Assembly: GCA_019309565.1 (NCBI GenBank)
Contig: JAFDFZ010000016.1
Location: forward strand, 10,155-74,154
From: Deltaproteobacteria bacterium
Lineage (GTDB): Bacteria; Desulfobacterota; Desulfobacteria; Desulfobacterales; SURF-15
Length of the DNA: 64,000 nt
Reading direction: 5' to 3'
Shown: positions 8,156 through 18,128 of the stretch, in pieces
Numbering within the stretch: the stretch's first letter is position 1
How the letters are laid out: the number at the start of each line of letters is the position of its first letter
Position numbers and translations under genes: made by a program
The notes under the pieces: generated by a model
Database searches by the model: none
What the model was told of the DNA's origin: nothing
The model's input: the letters and a program-made list of their open reading frames with translations, nothing else

Positions 8156-9526
8156 ATGAATCTGATAATGGTGATGATCGATTCATTGCGAGCGGATCAC
8201 GTGGGTGTCAATGGCAACCAGTGGATACGAACACCAAACCTGGATCGATTTGCAAACGAGGGGGTATTGTTCAAGAGGGCTTATCCAGAGTCGATTCCGA
8301 CCCTGCAGGTCAGACGCGCGCTTTTTACCGGCCGGCGGTGTTATCCCTTTTCGGACTGGGAATATGATCCGAAGTTACCCAATCCTGGGTGGGTTCCCAT
8401 TCCCAAGGATCAGAAAGTACTGGCTGAGATCCTCCTCGAAAACGGGTACCAGACCGCGCTTGTTACCGATGTATTTCATACCTTCCGCCCTCATATGAAT
8501 TTTCATCGAGGTTTCGAGGAGTGGCACTGGATTCGGGGTCAGGAGTGCGATAGGTATCACACGGGCAGAACGCTTACCAACCTGGACTGGAAGCGGCATG
8601 TAACGCCGAAGATGAACCTTCAGGCCCGCAAGGTCAAGGAGCTGCAGATGTATCTTAGAAATGTATCCTTCCGGCAGAGCGAAGAAGATTACTTCTGCGC
8701 ACAGGTGTTTAGGCGCGCCACCCGGTGGCTTGAGGAAAACTACAACACGGAAAAGTTCTTTCTTTACATTGACAGCTTCGATCCTCACGAGCCCTGGGAT
8801 CCACCCCAGTATTACAGGGATATGTACGATCCGGGTTATGATGGAATAGAGGTGTTAAACCCCGACTATGTGGAAGACTACACAACCTACCTTACAGATA
8901 AGGAGCTTAAACACATGCGTGCCCTGTATGCCGGGGAAGTCACCATGGTCGATACCTGGCTTGGATATTTCCTGCAGAAAGTCCATCAGCTCGGGCTTCA
9001 TGAAAATTCACTTATCATCGTGCTTTCAGATCACGGACACCAGCTTGGAGAAAACGGATACGTGGGAAAGCACATGTCCGGACTATACCCCTGTCTGATG
9101 GATCTGTTCGTGGCCATCCAACATCCGGATGGCATCGGCAAAGGAAAACAGATCGAAACCCTGGTTTACAACCATGACCTGTATCCCACCATTTTTGAAA
9201 GCCTTGGGCTTGATATTCCCGGCTGGGCTGAAGGACAAAGCCTGCTGCCATTAATCTCGGGCGAAAAGAAGAAGATCAGAGACTATGTGACATCCATGTT
9301 CAAAAGTTACTGTTGGATTCGGGACGATCAGTATACGTTTTTTTGCAGGTCGAATAAGACAGATTTCAGGCTATATGACAATATCGAGGATCCTGAGCAG
9401 AAACACAATATTGCATCGGATCATCCGGACATATGCGAGAAGATGTGGAGCCTGATACTAAAGGATGGTGGAGGCTCTGTACCTTACTGGGAAATGGGTC
9501 CCATCTCAAAAGACATTCCACCATAG
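8156..9526 (+). CDS. sulfatase-like alkaline-phosphatase-superfamily hydrolase, Thr at the formylglycine position
   Basis: A paralogue of 6514-7932 with MIDSLRADH, PTLQVRRALFTGRR and SDHGHQLG. A strong GAAGGAGG Shine-Dalgarno sequence precedes the start. Confidence 0.88.
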   Translation: MNLIMVMIDSLRADHVGVNGNQWIRTPNLDRFANEGVLFKRAYPESIPTLQVRRALFTGRRCYPFSDWEYDPKLPNPGWVPIPKDQKVLAEILLENGYQTALVTDVFHTFRPHMNFHRGFEEWHWIRGQECDRYHTGRTLTNLDWKRHVTPKMNLQARKVKELQMYLRNVSFRQSEEDYFCAQVFRRATRWLEENYNTEKFFLYIDSFDPHEPWDPPQYYRDMYDPGYDGIEVLNPDYVEDYTTYLTDKELKHMRALYAGEVTMVDTWLGYFLQKVHQLGLHENSLIIVLSDHGHQLGENGYVGKHMSGLYPCLMDLFVAIQHPDGIGKGKQIETLVYNHDLYPTIFESLGLDIPGWAEGQSLLPLISGEKKKIRDYVTSMFKSYCWIRDDQYTFFCRSNKTDFRLYDNIEDPEQKHNIASDHPDICEKMWSLILKDGGGSVPYWEMGPISKDIPP

Positions 9527-9552
9527 AGAAAATGCGATTCCGGCACTATGAT

Positions 9553-10395
9553 TTACTTGCTGATGCCCCCGATGGTTAGACCGGCGGCAAGTTGTTTTTG
9601 AATAAACAAAACGATAAAAAATACGGGAATCGTAACCAGGGTTGCAGCGGCCATCATCTGGCCCATGCTGCCCGCTTCGGGATCGGCATATTTAAATACC
9701 GAAATCGGAGCGGTGTTCACATCAAATCCCCCAAGCACAAGCGCCATCTGGAAGTTGTTCCAGGAAAAGATGAAACATAGAATAGCCGTTGCCACGATTC
9801 CAGGAGTGCTAAGCGGGATGATCACCCGAAAAAACGCCATAGTACGCGAACAGCCGTCAATCCATGCGGCTTCTTCCAGTTCTTTGGGGATATCCTCGAT
9901 GAAGCCCATCATGATCCATACCCCGAAGGGGATGGTTATCACCAGGTGAGAGATAATCAGGCCGGTATAGGTATTTAGCAGCCCTACTTTCTTGTAAACG
10001 ATCCATATGGGCACCAGCATGGTGATGTAGGGGATCATTCGGGTTACCAGAATGGCGTTGGCAAGCTTCTGTAAATTGAAGCGGGCTACCGTATATGCGG
10101 TCAGGATGCCGCAGGACAGCCCGATAAAGGTGGCGAAGGAAGAGATGATAACGCTGTTTATGATGTTCGGTACGATATCACTCTGGGTGATCACATCGGT
10201 GAAGTTCATGAAAATGGGTTTGAAAATCCATACACCGGGTTCAAAGAACAGGTAGTCGGGTTTCAGCGAACTCCAGAACATGTAGAAGAAAACAAAGAAG
10301 AAGGGCCCCACCATGGCGATCATCACCAGTTGAGTGAAAATCTTCTCCAGTAGCCTGTAAGCCCGCCTGGGCAGAAGCTGTTTTAGTAGGACCAT
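9553..10395 (-). CDS. ABC transporter permease (carbohydrate-uptake type, MalG-like)
   Basis: Six TM segments and an EAA loop (EEAAWIDGCSRTMAFFRVIIPLSTPG). It overlaps the upstream permease gene by 13 nt. Confidence 0.9.
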   Translation of the reverse strand: MVLLKQLLPRRAYRLLEKIFTQLVMIAMVGPFFFVFFYMFWSSLKPDYLFFEPGVWIFKPIFMNFTDVITQSDIVPNIINSVIISSFATFIGLSCGILTAYTVARFNLQKLANAILVTRMIPYITMLVPIWIVYKKVGLLNTYTGLIISHLVITIPFGVWIMMGFIEDIPKELEEAAWIDGCSRTMAFFRVIIPLSTPGIVATAILCFIFSWNNFQMALVLGGFDVNTAPISVFKYADPEAGSMGQMMAAATLVTIPVFFIVLFIQKQLAAGLTIGGISK

Positions 10396-11327
10396 TCTCG
10401 CCTCCTCAAACTTACCAGGATTAATTGAATAATCAGGATAAAACAGAAGAAAAGCACCCCTTTTGCAGAGGACAACCCCATATAGCCGTACTCGAAAGCG
10501 TTGAAGTAGATGTTGATGTTCATGGTTTCGCTGGCGTAATGGGGTCCTCCGTCGGTAATGGCCAGGATGATATCAAACTGCTTTAAAGCGAAGATCGAGC
10601 GCAGAACGGTTGCAACGATGATATGGGTCCGCATAAGAGGCAGCGTGATGTTGACAAAAATTTGCCACCTGGAAGCCCCGTCGATACGAGCCGCCTCAAA
10701 AGGGTCCGTTGGCAGCGATTGCAGCCCGGCCAGCAGGATCAGGGTCATAAAAGGGGTATGCTGCCAGATACCGACAAGTATCAGGGAAGGCATCACCCAT
10801 TCACGGCTTGTGATCCATTCGATTGCGGGAAGTCCCAGGCTGTTCAGAATGTAATTCAACAAACCATAGGTGGTGTTAAATAGTATCGCCCATACCAGGC
10901 TGATTGCCACGGACATTGAGATCATGGGCATCATCCAGACAGACCGGTAAAAGGTTTTTCCGGCAAACTGGCGATTGAACAGCAAAGCCGAGGCCATGCC
11001 CAGAGTCAACTGGCCAAGCACTGTACAGACGGCAAAATAAAAGGTGTTGAAAATGCCGTTCAGCCATCGTTCCTCTGTCCAGACACTGATGTAATTCGCC
11101 AGTCCGACGAATTCCGCCTTTTGCTTGGTGATCAACTGCCAGTCGGTCAAACTGGTCCACAGCACCAGAAACACCGGAAAGGCGATCAACCCTAAAAGAA
11201 ACGCAGCGGTCGGAATATTGAAAACCACCGCCATATTGCGGTCTACCCAGGCAAGAACACGGTCCTTTAATGAGGCGATGCTTCCGGTTATGTCCACCAT
11301 AGGGGCTGCGAGTTTTTCGGTCTGCAT
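10383..11327 (-). CDS. ABC transporter permease (carbohydrate-uptake type, MalF-like)
   Basis: EAA loop FEAARIDGASRWQIFVNITLPLM. The start is uncertain: ATG 11327 has AAGAGG 8 nt upstream, and the alternatives are ATG 11360 and GTG 11405 (the ORF-track start). Confidence 0.85.
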   Translation of the reverse strand: MQTEKLAAPMVDITGSIASLKDRVLAWVDRNMAVVFNIPTAAFLLGLIAFPVFLVLWTSLTDWQLITKQKAEFVGLANYISVWTEERWLNGIFNTFYFAVCTVLGQLTLGMASALLFNRQFAGKTFYRSVWMMPMISMSVAISLVWAILFNTTYGLLNYILNSLGLPAIEWITSREWVMPSLILVGIWQHTPFMTLILLAGLQSLPTDPFEAARIDGASRWQIFVNITLPLMRTHIIVATVLRSIFALKQFDIILAITDGGPHYASETMNINIYFNAFEYGYMGLSSAKGVLFFCFILIIQLILVSLRRREWSY

Positions 11328-11429
11328 TGTAGGTGCCTCTTTAAACGGAACAGTTACCATCTGCTCCTCGCGGGCAGACCGATATGATTTTCGGCCCACC
11401 CGCACAGGAAACAGGAAGTAGTTTTAATG

Positions 11430-12872
11430 TTACTTTCCAAGATTTTCCAGACCTTCTACCTTGATGGGAACAAGCTGTTCGGACTCAGGCATCTTCTTGT
11501 AATCTTCGGGTGTGGCCCCACGGAAGTCGATGCCCTTTTCTGTTTTTTCGATCAGTTCGTTCATGATCTTGGCCTGCTTATCCGCTTCTGCCTGGATGGC
11601 CGCTCTGGAACCGTCCCGTATCGCAACTTCCATAACCGCTGCTGCGGCATCCCGCATCTGACCGATGGCAACAGACTGGGGTTTGGCAATGGCGATGCCG
11701 TATTCGGCGGCGATTTTAGCCGATGCTCCCCAGCCGGGGGTAGGTGCTTTGTAAGAGGGATCTTCCCATACAGATCGACGGCACATCGGCACCGCAGCGT
11801 TCTGGCCCATCTGCATGATATGCTTTTGAGTCATCCACATAATATACATGTAAGCGATTTCTTTCTTTCTTGAATATTTCGGGATTGCCAGTGAGGTTGT
11901 GGGCAGGTTGGGATAGCTTCCTGCCTGGCCGCGGGGCACGAGAATGGTTGTGGTCTTGCCCACGACCCGAGATCTTTTGGGATCTTCGCTGAGCGCCATC
12001 CAGAAATTCAACTCGGACAACATAGCTGTTTTCCCGGCGGCAAATAAAGCTGCATTGGCCGGTGGTCTGTTGTTCAGGGCTGCCGGAGGAGCGTACTTGC
12101 GAATCATCCGCCCGTAAAAAACATAGGCATCGATTGATTCCTTGGAATTGATGTTTGATACTTTCTTGCCGTTTTCTTTTTTAAACCAGCTCCCCCCGTG
12201 GTTCCAGAGATAGGTAGCGAAGCTTGCGGTAATCAAGCGTTCCCTGCCACGGGAAAGAAAGCCATAGATTTCCGGTTTGCCATCTCCGTTTTCGTCTATG
12301 GTCAGTTTTCTCGCTGCCTCCTCAAGTTCTTCCATGGTGGTTGGCACCTTTACATTGTACTTCTTGAACAGATCCTTTCGAATGTGCAGCAGTTGAGCCT
12401 GTGCGGACCATACAATGTTGTTGATCGGCTGACCGCCGATGACTTTGGCCGTGTTCAGTCACCCGCCCAGCCAGTCTTGTGGATATCCGTGATTTGCAGG
12501 GGTTTGATTGGGATCTGCCAGATACGGCTCCAGGTTTTCCAGGTGGCCGGCAGCGGTCAGTTTTCCTCCCCGGTTATCCATTTGAAGCATGATAAGATCA
12601 AGGTTTTCATCCTTGCCTGCGAGCATGATGTCCTGTTTTTTGCGCATCTGTCCTGCCTGCAACACTTCCATTTTGATGGTCACACCCGTTTCTTTCTTGA
12701 ACCTCTTGGCCATCGGGCGGAACCAGGCATCGATGTATGCTGCTGTAAAAAAGATGGCATTTATGGATTCACCCTCGAATCTGCGCCAGTTCACCTTGGC
12801 GCTCACATCCACAGGAAATGCAAACACCAGGGCAAGCAGTAAAACAAGCCCAATAACCGTTACTTTCCGCAT
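11430..12872 (-). CDS. family-1 extracellular solute-binding protein interrupted by a single in-frame TGA (12461-12459); pseudogene versus selenocysteine recoding is unresolved
   Basis: ORF-track fragments 12459-12890 and 11430-12347 are in the same frame and are separated by only one TGA. Signal peptide MRKVTVIGLVLLLALVFAFPVDVSA. Start is at 12872 (AAGGAGG 7 nt upstream). The read-through product is 480 codons, a normal length for this family. Confidence 0.6.
12424..12440 (-). other. hairpin 18 nt downstream of the in-frame TGA (AUCGGC-GGUCA-GCCGAU), SECIS-like
   Basis: Perfect 6-bp stem with a 5-nt loop starting GG. It has the same offset and shape as the hairpins after the hdrA and mvhD UGA codons. 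Confidence 0.3.
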
Positions 12873-13200
12873 GGTCTTACCTCCTTTCAAGTTCTATAAT
12901 TTATCAGGATTTTTTCTCGGACCTCTCCATATTAACCCGAGCTGTCACTAAATGAAAAGATAGCCGCAGCAGATCATTTCTGCTGTAAGATTAGTGGTAA
13001 GAAAACAACTCCATCCTCCAAGGCATTGATTTTTCCCAAAATAGGGTATGAACTTTAACGACAACTTCTAAACTAGAGAAAACTTTTCTCAGGTTGCCCG
13101 CTGGGATACTACACATTCCAGGATTTGTTGAATCAGTTCGTTCAACTCAAAAGTCCCGGAGAAAAACTTTTTATGGTTTGGATGAGTCGATCAAATTCTG

Positions 13201-13230
13201 GCCTCTAAGAAGACAGAACTTCTTAGAGGC
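13201..13230. repeat. perfect 12-bp inverted repeat (GCCTCTAAGAAG-N6-CTTCTTAGAGGC)
   Basis: Read directly from the sequence. It lies in the 708-bp divergent intergenic region between the binding-protein gene and the phosphodiesterase gene, and no U-tract follows it. Confidence 0.6.
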
Positions 13231-13580
13231 TTAATAGCGGTACCTTAAAGTGGCCTTTAATCATAACATCCTCAAACATGTGAAGGTTATTGGACAAGAT
13301 AATGTTAGGGCTTGTTTGCGCATTCGTGATTTATCTATTAATCGATGGAGTTAATCAAGTCAAGCCGTTTTTAGCTGATCTTTTCTCCACCAAGCTCTAT
13401 TTGTCTGGTAAAACAGAGTTCAACTGAAAAATACCCGACCGGAAGGCTGCTATTCGCTTAAGTGAGACCTGAAACAGCGCAAGAAGTTTGCTGATCCGGT
13501 TGACAAAACTATAAATGATGCTAAAGGTCAATTTTTACCGCCAAGAGAATGCAAATTTATCTTGTCAAGGAGGAGCAGGA

Positions 13581-15497
13581 ATGAAAAGCCAGGCGCAGAA
13601 AGCGATTGTTATCGGAATCGATGGTGCGAGCATGGAGTTGATTTTAAATCAGGTTCAGTGGGGGAACATGCCTAATGTCAAAAGACTTCTGGCCCATGGT
13701 GTTTATCGCCCCATGCTTGGTACCTATCCTACGCTTACCCCACCCGGCTGGACAGCACTTTACACGGGGGCATGGCATGGAACCCACGAAGTGATGGATT
13801 TCAATATTCGCGCAAGAGGCAAACCTCTTGATGAAACCATATGGGGAATCGATACCAGGCTTTCGAAAGCCGAATATCTGTGGAACACAGCAGAACGAGC
13901 CGGGAAAAAGCCGATCCTTGTCAAGGTGGAGATGTCATGGCCACCTACCATAATCAATGGTGTTCAGGTGGAAGGAACGGGGCCCGGAGTTTCCAACCAT
14001 CATCAGATCTGCGGTTATCACCTGTTTGTTGCCGGCAACTGGACAGCTCGGCCCATCGGTGGGGCTCGCGATTCCGAAGCCGTTGATCCAAGCGCACTTC
14101 AAGAGGGCACACCTTATGATCCCGTATCTCTAAACCCGGTGGATACAACCCTGTGGCGCAACCTGCCGGATTCCCACAAACCGATTCTCGAAGCCGAATT
14201 GACCATCAGGCCGCTTGCCAGGGGCCGTGACATCATGCTGCGAGGCAAGAGTGGTATTCCAAAAACCCTGTACGCTCTCATTTATGCCCCGGGTGCTGAA
14301 GGCTATCGAAACGTACGAATTTGTCGAACCCAAGACGGCAGAGACATGGTGGCTGAACTTTCTGCAGGGCAGTGGAGTCGGTGGTGGCTGGAATCCTTTG
14401 AAATCGACGGCACTGCGGTTGAAGGCAACGTTCGGATGAAGCTGATTACGTTAAGCGAAAACGCCGATCGGCTCGAGCTGTTTATGCCCCAGATATGGCC
14501 TGTCAAGGGATATACTTACCCGGAGACCATCGCAGATGAACTTAACGAACATGTCGGTCCCTTTTTGCAAAATCCCGGCAGGGATGCACTGGGATTAATT
14601 GATGATGAAACCTTTTTTGAATTGCTGGAATACCACCACCAGCACCTGGCGCAGGTGGCCCATTACCTTGCCTCCAGCAGGCCATGGGACATACTGTTCG
14701 TGGAGACACATGCCTCTGATTACTGCGATCATTTTTTTATAGGGCAATCGGATCCCATCAGTGGCGCTGATCCGGAAACCATTAAACGCTGTCGAAACGG
14801 CCTCGACAAAACATATGCCTCCATAGACCGCTGGATCGGGCGTATTCTTGAACTTGCAGACGAGGATACCGTTGTGGTCATTGCGTCCGATCACGGCGGC
14901 ACCCCGAGCCAGTTTCGGCAGATGGATGTAAACAAGGTTCTTGAAGCCACTGGATTTCTTTACCGGAAAAACGGCAATATCGACTGGTCAAAAACACGGG
15001 CAGCTCGGGTGGGTACCATTCATATTTTCATCAATCTAAAAGGCCGAGAACCCACAGGCATTGTGGATCCTGAAGACTATGAAAAGACCCAAAGGGAGAT
15101 CATCGACGCGTTGATGACCTATAGAGATCCCGAAACCGGCAGGAGGCCTTTTAAACTGGCCCTTACCCGGGAAGACGCCGAAGTAATAAACCTGTGGGGA
15201 GAGCTGGTCGGAGATGTGGTATATGCTTTCGATCCGGGCTTTGATGGCGCCCATGGACGACATCTGCCGGTGGGCAGATTTGGTCTAAGCGGCCAGCACT
15301 CGGTTTTCATCATGTCAGGGCCCGGGGTGCGGAAAGAGACCGCTTTGCAAAGACAGGTGCGTGTCATAGATGTGGCTCCAACGCTATGTTATCTTCTGGG
15401 ATGGCCCATGCCCAGAGACGTTGAAGGTGGGATCATCTACGAAGCCCTGGAGGATCCCGACTGGCACCTTACCGCATTGAAAAGCTCACGGAGTTGA
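13581..15497 (+). CDS. alkaline-phosphatase-superfamily type I phosphodiesterase / nucleotide pyrophosphatase-family protein
   Basis: IGIDGASMEL metal-site start, Thr-nucleophile stretch YPTLTPPGWTALYTG, and an ASDHGG motif. Start is at 13581 (AAGGAGG at 13567-13573); the ORF-track start is 13515. Confidence 0.8.
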   Translation: MKSQAQKAIVIGIDGASMELILNQVQWGNMPNVKRLLAHGVYRPMLGTYPTLTPPGWTALYTGAWHGTHEVMDFNIRARGKPLDETIWGIDTRLSKAEYLWNTAERAGKKPILVKVEMSWPPTIINGVQVEGTGPGVSNHHQICGYHLFVAGNWTARPIGGARDSEAVDPSALQEGTPYDPVSLNPVDTTLWRNLPDSHKPILEAELTIRPLARGRDIMLRGKSGIPKTLYALIYAPGAEGYRNVRICRTQDGRDMVAELSAGQWSRWWLESFEIDGTAVEGNVRMKLITLSENADRLELFMPQIWPVKGYTYPETIADELNEHVGPFLQNPGRDALGLIDDETFFELLEYHHQHLAQVAHYLASSRPWDILFVETHASDYCDHFFIGQSDPISGADPETIKRCRNGLDKTYASIDRWIGRILELADEDTVVVIASDHGGTPSQFRQMDVNKVLEATGFLYRKNGNIDWSKTRAARVGTIHIFINLKGREPTGIVDPEDYEKTQREIIDALMTYRDPETGRRPFKLALTREDAEVINLWGELVGDVVYAFDPGFDGAHGRHLPVGRFGLSGQHSVFIMSGPGVRKETALQRQVRVIDVAPTLCYLLGWPMPRDVEGGIIYEALEDPDWHLTALKSSRS

Positions 15498-15796
15498 CGG
15501 GCTCGTTTTAGGCTCACTTTTATGCGCGAGTTTTGTGCGCGCAAAAATCCGATTATCCGGCGAAATTAGACGAGTTTTATGGTTCACCGAGAATTGCTGG
15601 TTTAACACACGGTATTTGTGAATTTTAACCCTGAACGCGGAACGATGAACCGCTCAATCCAGGATAACGTATTTTATGCCGGTGATATTAAAATGATTCA
15701 CCGGCAGAGCCACAGAGAATGCAGAGAACGCTGTCATTTTTTGTTTGTCAACGCCAAGAGATCTTCGGCTTCTTGGCCCCTTGGTTAAGTCCCAGG

Positions 15797-18037
15797 TCAG
15801 CAACCGTCCTGTGACCCTGTATAATCTAAAAACACCGGGCTGGTCCAGGCCATTTCCATATCTACCTGTTTTATACGCATCCAGTAAGGATTAATCCCAG
15901 GGTTTGGGGAAGGATCTTTATAGGTAAATTCGGCAGTTGTCCCGGCGTCGTTATTCGGAGCAAGCGAGATGAGCAGTTTTCTGTTTAAAAAGCCGATTTC
16001 GATCTCTTTGGGTACCGATGATAATTCGTTAAGATTGAAGCCGAAAGTCAGTCGTTCTGCAGGATAAAAAGACATCTTCATGGGAGGTTGATTGCCAAAT
16101 CCTCCATATTGTGTTGAACGGATAAGCGAGGTGTTTATGGACACCGTAAATTCGGCTTGAACGTCGGTGTCCACCGTCAGAATCATGCCGCTTGAATAAC
16201 CACAGCAGACTGCATACCAGTTCAGCCCGGTATCAGTCCTATGAAAGATTCTGGAACGTGGGCTGTCGAATCGCAACACTTCCACATCTGTGATTTTGGC
16301 CCCCGAAACCGACACAGAGCCCTGCCAGATGACACCGGTGTAACTGGCTTTCGCACTTGCTCCTTGCCAGAGCAGGCGGATGCGGTTGGCAGCGTATGAC
16401 ATCGAAATCGGATGGCGATAGATTTTCTGAAGCCCCCGAAAAAGCTCGATGCTCTCAAGTGGAGCTGTTCCTGAAACCATGGCCGAAATCTTCGGAGCAG
16501 ACCTGCTGATATACTCTTCTCCCATGAAGTGTCCGTCTGCTGTAAGGCTTGCTATAATCCTCTTGCCCGTGGTGGCATAGCATCGGCGGGCTTTTAGCGC
16601 TTCAAGAATCGATTCAAGCGTAAGTTCTTCTGCGTAAAGACCCGTATATCCTCCCTTTGAATAGCGGCGTTCAAGATATCCCGGAAACTCGCCCCCCGGC
16701 CTGCCGGTGTAACCGTCGCTGCCGCCTACAAATCCCACTTTATAGCCGCGCTTTAAAGCCTCTTTAAGAAACCATTCAAAGGTGCCGTGGGTTGAGATGA
16801 CTTCAATGGCCGGTTCAAGGCTGGGGTCATGATGATTCAGATCTGCTGGATAACCCCCTACATGGGGTGTGATCACCACGTCTTTATAACGATAGGCACT
16901 GTAAACATCGGTAATATGCGGCAGATCGGTATCCAGGTCGCTTTTATCCTTAAGATCACTGTGACTTGAACGGCGGATGGGCTGGTTGTGCCGCCTGAAG
17001 TAGACATTGTGATGGCCGCCTTTTTCTGTTGTGCCGGACCATTCAAAACCTGGTAATGGAACAAACCGACCCGGTTCATAAAACTCTATCTCTGCTGCTT
17101 GTTGTAAATCCCAATCCCTTGTACTCAGGGAATGATCGTTTCGCTGATATCCGGTGAAATCAATGGCCGAGACATTGCGAGCATATTTGAAGAAGTCGGG
17201 TATTTTTGCGGCCATTTCTACCTGGCCCCCGTGAGGGTCGCCCCAGTAAAGCCTGTATTTCGAAGCCCTGTCCGTACAAAAGATTGGATTGCTCTCTGAG
17301 AAAAATCCTTCAACAGGATCTTCGGCCTTTACCGTGAACAGCCCGGGATTTAAGCACTTACAGCCTTCAAGCACATAGACCCCTGCATCTTCAGGTTTGA
17401 ATCGAATCTCGTAATCCGGCAGCTCGACTCCTTCGCCCTGGATTTTCACTTTTCCCGAATAAGATTGAGAGGGATTTCCCCACTTATCTTCAGCCCTGAT
17501 AACAGTACGAAACGGCCTATTCGGCTCCACCACAGACGGTACCACAACCACTATTCTATTAGCCCTGTCACCCACGATTCGTACAAATGGAGAATCTTTC
17601 AAGGTAACGTAACTGCCATCTCCGTTTGTATCCACCGATACCCAGAAATAACGTTTTTCTTCGACAAAGGTCTGAGCACGTGTTCCAGGACCTCCGTTGC
17701 ATCTGTCTCCGTAAGTCAAAACGATCTTATCACCGGGCTTAAGTGGCTGACCCACTACCGTGAGAAGCAGGGTTTTTACATTTTTTACCATCAATGAAAT
17801 ACACGCAGACACAGGAGACTGTAAGGTCATATAATCAGCCCCCGTGGGGTCGTCAAACTGGGGCAGCTCCCAGTCGGTATCTGAATCTGTATAGATACGG
17901 ATATGCCCCCCTGTTAAAATGCCAGCAGATCCGGTGATATAAATCAATCGAAAGGTGGTATGGCTGCCTGCAACAATATCTTGGACAGGCTCGATCCTGG
18001 CAGAGCCGTAAAGTTCCGCATTTTTTTGATTATCCAT
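15797..18037 (-). CDS. large cytoplasmic hypothetical protein; possible PHP/DUF3604-like metallo-phosphoesterase core (tentative)
   Basis: 746 aa with no signal peptide. The segments YWGDPHGG, GFEWSG...GGHHNVYF and GFVGGSDGYTGRPG resemble metal-binding strands of PHP/DUF3604-type proteins, but the match is by eye only. Start is at 18037 (AGGAGG upstream). Confidence 0.75.
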   Translation of the reverse strand: MDNQKNAELYGSARIEPVQDIVAGSHTTFRLIYITGSAGILTGGHIRIYTDSDTDWELPQFDDPTGADYMTLQSPVSACISLMVKNVKTLLLTVVGQPLKPGDKIVLTYGDRCNGGPGTRAQTFVEEKRYFWVSVDTNGDGSYVTLKDSPFVRIVGDRANRIVVVVPSVVEPNRPFRTVIRAEDKWGNPSQSYSGKVKIQGEGVELPDYEIRFKPEDAGVYVLEGCKCLNPGLFTVKAEDPVEGFFSESNPIFCTDRASKYRLYWGDPHGGQVEMAAKIPDFFKYARNVSAIDFTGYQRNDHSLSTRDWDLQQAAEIEFYEPGRFVPLPGFEWSGTTEKGGHHNVYFRRHNQPIRRSSHSDLKDKSDLDTDLPHITDVYSAYRYKDVVITPHVGGYPADLNHHDPSLEPAIEVISTHGTFEWFLKEALKRGYKVGFVGGSDGYTGRPGGEFPGYLERRYSKGGYTGLYAEELTLESILEALKARRCYATTGKRIIASLTADGHFMGEEYISRSAPKISAMVSGTAPLESIELFRGLQKIYRHPISMSYAANRIRLLWQGASAKASYTGVIWQGSVSVSGAKITDVEVLRFDSPRSRIFHRTDTGLNWYAVCCGYSSGMILTVDTDVQAEFTVSINTSLIRSTQYGGFGNQPPMKMSFYPAERLTFGFNLNELSSVPKEIEIGFLNRKLLISLAPNNDAGTTAEFTYKDPSPNPGINPYWMRIKQVDMEMAWTSPVFLDYTGSQDGC

Positions 18038-18077
18038 AACGCCGTTCCTCCTGTTGAACAAAAACAGATAGAGTACT

Positions 18078-18128
18078 GCCTGCAGCTTCTTGATGCAAAG
18101 TGGAAGTTCCACTTGCAGAGCTGCAGGC
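18078..18128. repeat. 51-bp nested imperfect palindrome in the promoter region of the 15797-18037 gene
   Basis: The outer arms are perfect 10-mers, GCCTGCAGCT (18078-18087) and AGCTGCAGGC (18119-18128). The inner arms are AAGTGGAA (18098-18105) and TTCCACTT (18107-18114). Confidence 0.6.

Noticed and set aside
15523-15543. The hairpin TGCGCG-N9-CGCGCA after the phosphodiesterase gene, considered as an intrinsic terminator.
   Set aside because: No U-tract follows it on either strand and the stem is only 6 bp. Other convergent gene ends (6497-6513, 9527-9552, 20856-21010, 24609-24642) also lack convincing terminators.
15624-15642. The direct repeat TTTAACCCTGAA(C)GCGG(G)AA, also present at 18337-18355, flanking the 746-aa gene.
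   Set aside because: Only 12 nt are identical. In 64 kb on both strands, many exact 12-mer coincidences are expected by chance, and there is no additional collinear similarity.
15695-15730. The GATTCACCGGCAGAGCCACAGAGAATGCAGAGAACG stretch resembles CACAGAG/GCAGAG-type short dispersed repeats seen in some anaerobe genomes.
   Set aside because: There is only one copy in this window, so I cannot support a repeat call from the sequence available.
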